Part shown: in pieces, positions 22,222 through 31,701 of the stretch | Position numbering within the stretch: position 1 is the first letter of the stretch | Layout: every line of letters starts with the position of its first letter | Sequence record: MK250017.1 | Length of the DNA: 64,000 bases | Strand: one strand, 5' to 3' | Position numbers and translations under genes: made by a program | The notes under the pieces: model-generated | Database searches by the model: none | The model's input: the letters and a program-made list of their open reading frames with translations, nothing else | What the model was told of the DNA's origin: nothing

Positions 22222-23339
22222 TGAAATATTTAACAGAGGATGAGATAATTTAGTATTGTAAGAATCATAATATAGATTCGTCAATATGTTACTGTAAAGA
22301 ATGTGGTAAATTTCTTGCATATGATAATGCTGTATTTCATATAAATTCAGTTACGAAGAAATTAGTATGTGATGATAATAAGTTATCATTTTTAAGTACG
22401 AGAAATTATAATGGTAATGAATATCATTTATGTAGGTGTTATGATTGCGTATGTGAGAAATTTCCAAATTTTAAATATGTAAGATTTAAGTTTGCACATA
22501 AAGCTGCAAAATATACATAGTATGGATTTGGTGTTCCTGATGAAGATTTTAAACCTGTATCAAAAGCAAGACAATGTGTTACTAAAGAAAAAATGATTAA
22601 GAAATATGGTATTTCTGAAGGTACAGAAAGATGGAATTCATATTGTGAGAAACAATCTGTTACAAATACATATAAGTATAAGCATGAAAAATATGGGATG
22701 TCTTCAGATGAGTTTGATGAATATAATAAATCGCGAGCAGTAACAAAAGAAAATCTTATAAAAAGACATGGAAAAAAAGAAGGATTAAAAATCTGGAATG
22801 ACTATATTGAACGTCAGCGATATACATGTACATTAGATTATTTTATTGAAGAATATGGTAAAGAAGATGGAACACAAAAATATAATGAATTTGCAGAAAA
22901 ACGCTCAGATCAATATTATTTAATAGGTAATAAATCAAATATATCATTAGATTTATTTTCTAATTTAAAAGAATATTATAAAGATAATGATACTTATATA
23001 GAATATACAGTTAAATCATTAAATAATAATTTTTATCATGTAGATTATTATGATAAATCATTAAATATTGTTATCGAATTTTATGGAGATTTTTATCATT
23101 TTAATCCAAAGAAATATAATGGTAATGAAACAGATTATTTCATATTAGGGAAAGAACGAACGGTTAAAGATAAGTGGTAGCATGATAAAGAACGTATAGA
23201 TGATATTCAACAAACATTAAATTGTAAGGTAATAATTGTTTGGGAATCTACATATAAAAATGATAAAAAAGGAACTATTAATTCATTAATATAGATGATT
23301 AATAATAAAGAACAATTAAATGACATAACAGAAATATGA
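22221..23339 (+). CDS. free-standing Vsr/DUF559-like homing endonuclease (372 aa, 4 TAGs)
   Basis: ATG overlaps upstream TAA (TAATG); Cys-rich N-terminus; three KYG/RHG/EYG..EG...W/Y repeats; VDYYDKSLNIVIEFYGDFYH...W-TAG-HD..R...VIIVWE; TGA 23337. Confidence 0.8.
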
Positions 23340-23578
23340 TACCATATCAATCTAAAATAACTATTATAAGAAACAGTAATTTTAAAAAGCATAATACATT
23401 ATTAAATACTTTTTTGAAATTGATAGGAAGTAATTATCGTGATTTATATTATGCATTAAATCATGATTTGAATTGTATTACGATAAATGACAGATCAGAG
23501 ATAAATGATAATCAAATTATATATGCGAAATATTTAGGTATTGACATTATTGATGAATCACTTAAGAGAATTAGTTAA
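23336..23578 (+). CDS. small protein with BRCT-like C-terminus (80 aa)
   Basis: ATGA overlap with the upstream gene; YAKYLGIDIIDES resembles the BRCT KAxxLGIxIIxE helix. Confidence 0.45.
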   Translation: MIPYQSKITIIRNSNFKKHNTLLNTFLKLIGSNYRDLYYALNHDLNCITINDRSEINDNQIIYAKYLGIDIIDESLKRIS

Positions 23579-23618
23579 ATAGTATTATCGTGAAAAGTAT
23601 TTCAATGAAGAAAATAAT

Positions 23619-23646
23619 AAACTAATATTACAATATATTATATAAA
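23619..23646 (+). promoter_or_regulatory. putative middle-class promoter for the IntC-polB gene
   Basis: AAACTAA 23619 and TATAAA 23641, same 22-nt offset. Confidence 0.55.
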
Positions 23647-23669
23647 ATATATAATTAACAAAAGAAAAG

Positions 23670-23801
23670 ATGAATTACGATATACAAATAGAAGATATTG
23701 ATGTAATAGAGCAATTAGAAGATTTCAATGATGAGTATGTATATGATATTGAAGTAGATGATACTCATACATTCTTTGCAAATGATATTCTTGCTCACAA
23801 T
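23670..23801 (+). mobile_element. split intein C-fragment (IntC, 44 aa, no Cys)
   Basis: Block F EYVYDIEVDDTHTFFAN; block G DILAHN then Ser+1 (TCA 23802). Confidence 0.92.
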
Positions 23802-24644
23802 TCAATATACGTAGAGTTTGGAAGAATTTGCCAACAATTAGATATTCCGGAGTCTGAATGTGCACAGTTTGTTGTTGATCTTTGGAATTATGGTTGCGGA
23901 CCATATATGCAGCAGAAATATGAAGAGTATGCGAAGAAATATAATTGTGATGTAAATATTCAGAATTTGGAGTTAGAGAAAATTGCGGATACAACAATTT
24001 TAACATCAAAGAAGCATTATGCAATGGCAGAATGTTTTAAGGAACCTAATATTTTCTTGGAACCAATGGAGGAAGTAGTTTATAAGGGTTTGGAAATTGT
24101 TCAAGGATCTACACCACCATTTGCACGTGAATGTCAGAAAGATTTTACACGTTATATGTTGCAGTGGTATCAGACACATAAAGAACGTCCACCTTATGAA
24201 GAAATTATATCTCGTATTAAGGGTTATAAACAGCAATTTTTATTTAAAGATCCTGCCGATATTTCAAAGGGAAGCTCGATAGGAAATTATCAGAAATTTG
24301 TATTGGATGATAAGAATAAGTTAGTGTTTGGTGAACATTGTCCTATTCAGGTTAAAGCTTCAGGAATTGCTAATTTTATTTTAAATCAGCCAAAGAATAA
24401 GAAATATAAGGTTAAATATAATCCAATTAAAACAGCAGATAAAGTAAAGTGGTATTATGCAAAAGATAGAACATATGATTGTTTTGCATTTTTGCCAGGT
24501 GCTTATCCGATTGAGTATGCGCCGGAGATTGATTATGATAAGCAGTTTGAGAAAATGATTCTTGAACCTTGTAATCGTATTATTAAAATTATCGGTTATA
24601 CAACATTAACATCTAATTTATGTTATACTGCTGCACTTTGGTAA
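23670..24644 (+). CDS. polB: split intein C-half fused to DNA polymerase C-terminal palm/thumb (324 aa)
   Basis: After HN comes SIYVEFG, completing AGDTD|SIYV; LELEKI, KKHYA, YKGLEIVQGSTPPFAR, IDYDKQFEK match gp43-type C-terminal motifs. Confidence 0.9.
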   Translation: MNYDIQIEDIDVIEQLEDFNDEYVYDIEVDDTHTFFANDILAHNSIYVEFGRICQQLDIPESECAQFVVDLWNYGCGPYMQQKYEEYAKKYNCDVNIQNLELEKIADTTILTSKKHYAMAECFKEPNIFLEPMEEVVYKGLEIVQGSTPPFARECQKDFTRYMLQWYQTHKERPPYEEIISRIKGYKQQFLFKDPADISKGSSIGNYQKFVLDDKNKLVFGEHCPIQVKASGIANFILNQPKNKKYKVKYNPIKTADKVKWYYAKDRTYDCFAFLPGAYPIEYAPEIDYDKQFEKMILEPCNRIIKIIGYTTLTSNLCYTAALW

Positions 24645-24671
24645 TTTTTATAATTAAAATATTTTAATAAA

Positions 24672-25097
24672 ATGACGGAAAACGAAATAATAGATGCTAT
24701 ATCATTTATTAATGCACATAAAGATATAGTTGGATATAATATAGCAAGAAAAGCAACTGAGTTGATTTATAAATATGATGGTTATCCAGATTTGGATGAT
24801 ATTGAACATAAGAGATTATATGATTTTTATGAAAAACATAAAGAAGTATGTAAAGGTGGAGATTCATATAGATTAATTGAATTATATACATGTGGATTTA
24901 CTAATACTTATGTATGTAATGTATGTAATGAATCATATGATTATACTAATTATGATAAAGAATGTTGGTCAGATGGAAAGGGAGAGAAATTACCATTTTC
25001 GTTTATTGAAGTTGGTACAGGTATCGGACCATGTATAACTATAGTATGTACAGAAAATAATGATTCTAAAGATATTACAGATATTGATTCATGGTAA
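24672..25097 (+). CDS. hypothetical protein (141 aa)
   Basis: ATG-TAA ORF. Confidence 0.7.
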   Translation: MTENEIIDAISFINAHKDIVGYNIARKATELIYKYDGYPDLDDIEHKRLYDFYEKHKEVCKGGDSYRLIELYTCGFTNTYVCNVCNESYDYTNYDKECWSDGKGEKLPFSFIEVGTGIGPCITIVCTENNDSKDITDIDSW

Positions 25098-25127
25098 TAA
25101 AAAATAAATTATTTAATATAAAGATAT

Positions 25128-25388
25128 ATGAGATTAATTAAGATTGGTGCTGAATGGTGTGGTCCATGCGGTGTAATGGATAAGAGATTGGAAAATTTCA
25201 ATGCATGCGACTACGTTAAATATGATGTTGATAATGAAGACGAGGAAACACTTGCAGTAATAGATAAGTATAATGTAAGAAATGTTCCGGTTATTATTTT
25301 GGAAGGTGATAATGGTGATGAACTTAAGAAATGGGTTGGTCTTGTATCACTAAATGATATTAATGCGGAAGTTGAAAAAAATAAGTAA
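25128..25388 (+). CDS. trx: thioredoxin (86 aa)
   Basis: WCGPC active site; VRNVP cis-Pro motif. Confidence 0.9.
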   Translation: MRLIKIGAEWCGPCGVMDKRLENFNACDYVKYDVDNEDEETLAVIDKYNVRNVPVIILEGDNGDELKKWVGLVSLNDINAEVEKNK

Positions 25389-25393
25389 TAAAA

Positions 25394-25549
25394 ATGGGAG
25401 AAGAACTCACTAATGAAAATAGTGTTATATGTCAGTATTGTAATAAACCATATTTTTTTCTTTCTATGAAATGTCCATTTTGTGGTAAGTATAGAAATGA
25501 TGGTTATTTAATATTTACTGTACCTATTAAAGATAATGAAGGATATTAA
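25394..25549 (+). CDS. small zinc-ribbon protein (51 aa)
   Basis: CQYC...CPFCG; ATG-TAA; below the track cut-off. Confidence 0.55.
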   Translation: MGEELTNENSVICQYCNKPYFFLSMKCPFCGKYRNDGYLIFTVPIKDNEGY

Positions 25550-25580
25550 CACGCAGTTAATATCCTTTTCTTATTTAATA

Positions 25581-25608
25581 AAACTTTTAATTTATTATCG
25601 TATATAAT
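25581..25608 (+). promoter_or_regulatory. putative middle-class promoter
   Basis: AAACTTT 25581 and TATAAT 25603. Confidence 0.6.
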
Positions 25609-25641
25609 ATTTGTAACAGAATTTTAATTAAACTTTAAATA

Positions 25642-27564
25642 ATGAATATCTTAGACAATATTAATGAGAAAATAAATCCATGTGATGACTTTTATAATTA
25701 TGCTACAGGAAATTGGATAAAGAATAATCCACAGCCTGATGAATATCCAACATGGAATGTATTTACAAAGATAGAAGAAGATAATATCGATAGGATTAGA
25801 GATATTATTACATCATCAAAAACTGATTCATCTGTAATTAATCATAAGATTAATGATTGTTATAATATTATTATGAATTATGATAAGAGAAATAAAGATG
25901 GGAAGAAACCATTGATTTCTTATATCAATGAACATGTAAATAATCTTAAAACAAATATGGATGTAATTCTTGAATCTGCACGAAATAATATTGAAATGTT
26001 TTTTGATACAGGGTTACAACCAGATAGTAAAGGATCAGGTAAATATGAAGTTACTATATATCAGGATGGATTAGGTTTAGGAAATAAAGATTACTATTTG
26101 AAAGATACTGAAGAAAATCGAAAATATATGAATGCATATTCTCAATATATTATTGATTTATATGAATATCTGTATAATGATAATAATATTGCGTTAATGG
26201 AAAATAATAAGATATTATCAATAGAAAATTTATTGGCACCTGATTCATATTCAGTAGAAGAACTTCAAGATCCTATACTTAATTATAATAGAATATCTGT
26301 TAATGAATTATCAGAAAAAACATGTTTTGATTGGCGATTATATTTAGATACATTAGGTTATACAGAAACAAATGAAGTTATTGTAAGTAATATTGAATTT
26401 TTAAAGTGTGCATGTAAACTTCTCTTAACATTAGATACTTCTTATTTAAAGACTTTTTATGAATGGCAGGTAATTAATATTGCTGCAACAAAACTTGATG
26501 ATAAAATATATGACTTAGTGTTTAAGTATAGTCAGGTATTTACAGGTGCAAAAGTACAGTATCCGAAAGAAAAAAGAGCAATTAATAAGATTAATAGTGT
26601 TTTTTCCGAAGTCATCGGACAAATTTATGTTAAAAAGTATTTTAATAAAGATTCAAAGAATGATGTTATTAATATTATTGAAAATTTAAAGTCATCATTT
26701 GAAACTATTATAAATAGTCAAACATGGATGAGTAATGAAACAAAAGAAAAAGCATTAGATAAATTACATGCAATGAAACTTAAAATAGGGTATCCAGATA
26801 AATTTGAAGATTTTTCTGATATTCCTATTGATATTAATTTAACATATTTTGAAAATTCATTAAATATTCAGGAATATTTTAGAAAGAAAAATATGGAAAA
26901 ACATTATAATAAGGAAATTGATTATAATGAATGGTATATGGATCCTCAGACTATTAATGCTTATTATGATTGTATTCAAAATGAGATTTGTTTTCCTGCT
27001 GGTATTCTTCAATATCCATTTTATGATCCTAATAGAGATCCTGAATATAATTATGGAGCAATAGGTACAATTATAGCCCATGAAATGACACACGCTTTTG
27101 ATAATCATGGACGACATTATGATAAACATGGTATACTGAATGACTGGTGGACTGAAAGTGATTCTAATAAATTCAATGAATTAACAGATATAACAAAAGA
27201 ACGATTTAATAATCTTGAAGCTTTACCAGGATTAAAATGTGATGGTTCTTTAACTTTGGGTGAAAATATAGCAGATTATGGTGGATTGAAGATTGCATAT
27301 TATGCATGTAAAAATATTATGAAACATGGAATATGTACAACAAAAATTTGGGAACATAAATTCTTTTTAGCATATGCAAATAATTGGTCTGAAATTACAA
27401 CTGATGAAGCTATTAAGAATCTGGTCGCAAATAATGAACATACTATTAATCGATTACGTGTAAATGGAACACTACCTATGTTTACACCTTGGATAGATTA
27501 TTATAATGTAAAAAAGACAAATAAATTGTATTTGGATATAGACAAACGTGCAAAAATCTGGTAA
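25642..27564 (+). CDS. pepO: M13 family zinc metallopeptidase, PepO/neprilysin-like (640 aa)
   Basis: PCDDFYNYATGNW; INAYY; HEMTH zinc motif; GENIAD; no signal peptide. Confidence 0.93.
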   Translation: MNILDNINEKINPCDDFYNYATGNWIKNNPQPDEYPTWNVFTKIEEDNIDRIRDIITSSKTDSSVINHKINDCYNIIMNYDKRNKDGKKPLISYINEHVNNLKTNMDVILESARNNIEMFFDTGLQPDSKGSGKYEVTIYQDGLGLGNKDYYLKDTEENRKYMNAYSQYIIDLYEYLYNDNNIALMENNKILSIENLLAPDSYSVEELQDPILNYNRISVNELSEKTCFDWRLYLDTLGYTETNEVIVSNIEFLKCACKLLLTLDTSYLKTFYEWQVINIAATKLDDKIYDLVFKYSQVFTGAKVQYPKEKRAINKINSVFSEVIGQIYVKKYFNKDSKNDVINIIENLKSSFETIINSQTWMSNETKEKALDKLHAMKLKIGYPDKFEDFSDIPIDINLTYFENSLNIQEYFRKKNMEKHYNKEIDYNEWYMDPQTINAYYDCIQNEICFPAGILQYPFYDPNRDPEYNYGAIGTIIAHEMTHAFDNHGRHYDKHGILNDWWTESDSNKFNELTDITKERFNNLEALPGLKCDGSLTLGENIADYGGLKIAYYACKNIMKHGICTTKIWEHKFFLAYANNWSEITTDEAIKNLVANNEHTINRLRVNGTLPMFTPWIDYYNVKKTNKLYLDIDKRAKIW

Positions 27565-27584
27565 ATAAAATAAAAACATATAAT

Positions 27585-27833
27585 ATGAGTACAATTATTA
27601 CTTCAACGTTATTGGTACTATTTGTGTTGTTGTTTATTATGCTTATTGTAATTTCCGGTCGTATGAGACGTGATTATGAAGATAAGTTACAGATGGAGGA
27701 ACAGCAAGGGAAAGAAGCATTTAGTGCTGATGTTATAAAGGAACAAAAGAACTCACATACAATTAATATTTCTTCAGAAGAATTATCTAATGAAGTAGAG
27801 GATGCGAGTATTGTAAATTTTAAGATTAAGTAA
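27585..27833 (+). CDS. membrane-anchored small protein (82 aa)
   Basis: N-terminal hydrophobic helix. Confidence 0.65.
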   Translation: MSTIITSTLLVLFVLLFIMLIVISGRMRRDYEDKLQMEEQQGKEAFSADVIKEQKNSHTINISSEELSNEVEDASIVNFKIK

Positions 27834-27869
27834 AACGAGAATTATTAATAATAAAATAAGTTAGAAATT

Positions 27870-28325
27870 ATGATGGAATCTGTTATTGCAATCAGTGTAG
27901 GTTTCTTTATTATGATGTGTATTATTATAAAGTTTATAGTAATTAATAATATTCATGATATTCCTGATATTGTAGATAATACAGATGATGATATTTAGAA
28001 TACCTTGAAATAGGATGTTCAATATAAGAGTGTATAGGATGTTGATGGCATAGATGATGTATCTATTAATAGTATTGATGTAAATATTGATACTGATATT
28101 ATTAATCATGATTTAACATTTAATAATAATGATGAGACCTCTGATGATATACAATAGTTAATGCTTTTAATAGAACCTATAGAAGATAATATTAAACAAG
28201 TTTCTGAGAATAATAGTAATATATTCCCAGAAACTTTTCGTATATTAAATTTTAGTGCAAAACATGAAAAAGAAATAGATTTATCAGGTACTACTTTAAT
28301 TTCATTAAGATCTATTAAACAATAA
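27870..28325 (+). CDS. membrane-anchored acidic protein (151 aa, 4 TAGs; absent from track)
   Basis: Open only with TAG as sense; TM segment VIAISVGFFIMMCIIIKFIVI then D/N-rich tail; TAA 28323. Confidence 0.6.
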
Positions 28326-28374
28326 TAGTAATTTTTTGTATAATATTTAAATGAAAATCTAATTGAAATTAAAT

Positions 28375-28935
28375 ATGAGTTATACTTATAATGAAACACG
28401 TACAGATATGCCTGTATATGATGAAGGTACTCGTACGAGAGAAGATAAGGATATTATCTTTGTAACAACTTAGTCTGATACGGTAAAAACAGATATTGAA
28501 GAAGATGAACCATTTGATGAACCTTGTGGTGATCCTGTAGATAAATCTTTTAATGTACCTATTAAAAAAAATAAGCTTTAGCCACTAAAACCAAATAAGA
28601 TTGTATTTAAAGAACAAATGTAGATTTCTCATAAGAAAGAAGCAAACCCTATCTTTAATACAGATAATTTAAATGTGGTTGAGCATCCAAATCATTATGG
28701 TGCAGGAAACGGAGGTTTGCAATGTATTGAAGCAATGCTTTAGACTTTCGGTAAAAATGCAACAATGGATTTTTGTAAATTGAATGCATTTAAATATATT
28801 TGGAGATCTGATCATAAAGATAAGGAAGTTCAGGATATGGAGAAAGCAAAGAGATACCTTGAGTATTGGCATGTACTTGCAAAACTTAGTGGTAATTCAG
28901 ATGATGGTTCATTCCATGCATATCTTAATAATTAA
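28375..28935 (+). CDS. DUF3310 (T7 gp1.7-like) domain protein (186 aa, 4 TAGs; absent from track)
   Basis: VEHPNHY...CIEAM...FCKLNAFKYIWR...QDMEKAKRYL. Confidence 0.75.
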
Positions 28936-28987
28936 AAATATTTTTTAAATTGTTAATACTTTATTTTTTTATTTAGGAAATATAGTG

Positions 28988-28995
28988 TATCTTTG
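28988..28995 (+). promoter_or_regulatory. Bacteroidota-type -7 element TATCTTTG
   Basis: GTGTATCTTTG upstream of ATG 29009. Confidence 0.65.
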
Positions 28996-29008
28996 TATTG
29001 TAAAAATA

Positions 29009-29182
29009 ATGAATAAAGTATTAACAATTAAATATATAAAAATTATGATAACATTTCTTTTAGGATTTTTCGGTATTATCTTGTTGTTTGCATTTGCATG
29101 TGCAGTAATTCCAGTACTATTTAGTATTATTGGTATGGTATTACAATTCATTTGGGCAATTTTGACAGGTGATATACGATAA
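29009..29182 (+). CDS. small membrane protein (57 aa)
   Basis: Long hydrophobic stretch; ATG 29009. Confidence 0.6.
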   Translation: MNKVLTIKYIKIMITFLLGFFGIILLFAFACAVIPVLFSIIGMVLQFIWAILTGDIR

Positions 29183-29282
29183 AAATAAAGTTTGTTTCAA
29201 ACTATAAATGAAACTGGCGGCCTGTTATATTTTCTAAAAATATAACTTGTATAATTAATATAAAAATAAAAATATTTTAATT

Positions 29283-29555
29283 ATGCGTACATGGCTTGAT
29301 AAAAAAACGAATCAATGGGTATCAGAAAGACCTGAAATTACATGGACAGGTTTAGTAGATATTAATACTGGTGAAAAAATATTCGAAGATGATACAATTT
29401 CTATTATAGATATTTGTACATATCCTATAAAAAACAGAGGACGTAAAATTATTACATTAAAACCTAATGATAAACATTTTAATATTTGGGCATGTCCTGA
29501 ATATTATCAAGATGAATGTAAACCAATATTAATTAAGAAAGGAGATACTAAATGA
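29283..29555 (+). CDS. hypothetical protein, weak YopX-like motif (90 aa)
   Basis: WTGLVDINTGEKIFEDD resembles TGLxDxNGxEIYEGD. Confidence 0.55.
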   Translation: MRTWLDKKTNQWVSERPEITWTGLVDINTGEKIFEDDTISIIDICTYPIKNRGRKIITLKPNDKHFNIWACPEYYQDECKPILIKKGDTK

Positions 29556-30268
29556 CTGCAGAATATAATAAAGGTTCAGAATGGTTAAATACTATTTTTA
29601 ATAAGATTCCTTTTAGCAAAGACTTAGAGAAGTTATGGGATTCAGAAGAGTATTCAAAACATTATAAAACAGATCATGATACTATAGATATTTCTAAATA
29701 TGGTCCGTTTTTTGAGACTATTGAAGATGATATTTATAAGTTTTATGAACTTATGGAATATGGTTGTAATCATTTATGGATGTATTGGCCTTATAATAAA
29801 GAGATTGAAGATAACCTCATAAAGTTGGGTCTTATGTCTGGAAGAAATCGCAATACACGTTGGTATAATGATCTTAAAGAAATTAAGTATGAATATGATT
29901 ATGAGCCGGGATATATGGGAACTCTAATGAATACATTTGGTAATTATAATAAATGTTATTATGATGAAGATTCTATAAGATTTTATCATTTTACATATAA
30001 TAGTAATTGTCAGTCATTTGGTGGTGTTGTTTTATTTGTAGATAGATTACATCATGATATTTATATATTTGGTATAGGTGAAGATGATGGTTGGATGTTT
30101 CCTAATACTACATGGTACCATGATTATGAAAAATATGGTATAAACAAATACGAATTGTGGCAACTTTGTGCAATGGTAAATGATGTACATGTAGATAATT
30201 TTGATAACCAATTGATTATAGAAAAATTGTACAACGAGTATACAAAATATGAACACAAAAACATTTGA
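29552..30268 (+). CDS. hypothetical protein (238 aa)
   Basis: ATGA-coupled ORF. Confidence 0.75.
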   Translation: MTAEYNKGSEWLNTIFNKIPFSKDLEKLWDSEEYSKHYKTDHDTIDISKYGPFFETIEDDIYKFYELMEYGCNHLWMYWPYNKEIEDNLIKLGLMSGRNRNTRWYNDLKEIKYEYDYEPGYMGTLMNTFGNYNKCYYDEDSIRFYHFTYNSNCQSFGGVVLFVDRLHHDIYIFGIGEDDGWMFPNTTWYHDYEKYGINKYELWQLCAMVNDVHVDNFDNQLIIEKLYNEYTKYEHKNI

Positions 30269-30551
30269 TGAATGGTCAAAGTCGTTGGAAACAATGGACT
30301 TTGACCATTATTCTTTAGAAATGAAAAACACTATTTTAAAAGGTAATCTTCCAGATAATGAAAAGAAACTTTTTGAAATTTGTTTTGATTATGTATATAA
30401 ATTACATAAAGAAAATAAACCATTAGATGTAAAATTACTGCAAATTCATCTTGAACAAATTCATGATTTTGAAGAAGTAAAGATGCAGGATTTTATACGT
30501 ATAGTAATTTTATTAGGATATTGTGGTTTTAATATAACAATGTTGCATTAA
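30249..30551 (+). CDS. hypothetical protein (100 aa)
   Basis: ATG-TAA ORF overlapping the upstream gene end. Confidence 0.65.
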   Translation: MNTKTFDEWSKSLETMDFDHYSLEMKNTILKGNLPDNEKKLFEICFDYVYKLHKENKPLDVKLLQIHLEQIHDFEEVKMQDFIRIVILLGYCGFNITMLH

Positions 30552-30611
30552 AATATAAACTTTATTGTAATTTTATAATAAAATATACATAATAAATTAA
30601 TTCAATTTTTA

Positions 30612-31634
30612 ATGGACGTTACTAAAATAAAAACATATTTAGCAAGTAATAAAGTTTGTTTTGTTACAAATTCATTAGCAATGCCGAGTACGTTATTAGT
30701 TTCATCTCTAAAAACATATATAGAATATATTCCTATATAGAATTTCTGGTTAATTCCTGGTATAAGAGATAATAAACCATTTTATGGAATAGATGCATTT
30801 CTTTTAATGTTGAATTATTTCTTATCAAATAAGAATTTTGATTATGTTATCTATATAGATGAAGATTGTTTTATAACTGATTTTTATTCATTAGTAAATG
30901 AATTTATGAATTTTACAGAAAGTGGTTGTGTATTAGCAGGACCACAAGATGGTGGAGTTTTTTGTCATAGAAATCATAGTCGATTGATGATTAATACTTT
31001 CTTAAGTTTTTGGAATATAAAATTACTTAGAGATAAAAAAATAACATTTAATAATATTATTAATTATATTTCTAATGAATTTAAAAATAATTCCAATACT
31101 TTATATAAAGATTTTATACAGAAATTAATAATTAATAATGATAAATTATTATTTACGTATATGAATGAAAAATCAATGAATATGATAAACGATGTAAAAA
31201 CATTTCGTGAAAGTAGAGTTGATTTACCAAATCATGAAACACCTTATTGTAAAATAGTAAGAGATGATCCTAATAATAAGATAGAGCCTCATCAAATTCC
31301 ATATAGTTGGGATGATGATGTTGCAGAAATTAATTTTGAACCTTATTATATAATTGAACAAGCATTAGTAATATTATCTGATTCACCGATATATTATTTG
31401 TTTGGAACAGACTTATATGATTCAGATTATATAAAGAGAAATGTAACATTTGATACATCAGGATTAACATCTGCAATTTTTTCTTATAAACCAGATAATG
31501 AGTTTTATGATAGAAAATTGATTGCTGTTCATACATGGTTTAGCAGAGCATATACAAAATGGCCTCAAACAGAAGAACAGTTAAATCATACAAAACGAAT
31601 TAATTCAATTATTAAGAATTTTTCTAGAATTTAA
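30612..31634 (+). CDS. putative GT-A fold glycosyltransferase (340 aa, TAG at codon 43)
   Basis: ATG 30612 joins track ORF 30807; FDYVIYIDEDCFI DxD motif; preceded by AAACTTT 30557 / TAAAAT 30579. Confidence 0.55.
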
Positions 31635-31637
31635 TAT

Positions 31638-31665
31638 AAACTTTTTAATTAAATTCAACTATAAT
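31638..31665 (+). promoter_or_regulatory. putative middle-class promoter
   Basis: AAACTTT 31638 and TATAAT 31660. Confidence 0.6.
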
Positions 31666-31701
31666 TAACATAATAAAAACATTTAATAAAGATTAATAAT
31701 A

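Noticed and set aside
21853-23801. A single cis-intein with an internal endonuclease broken by sequencing frameshifts
   Set aside because: It would need several independent errors: TAA at 22219, a frame change, TGA at 23337, an intervening 80-aa ORF and AT-rich spacer. IntC also has its own ATG and promoter-like motif.
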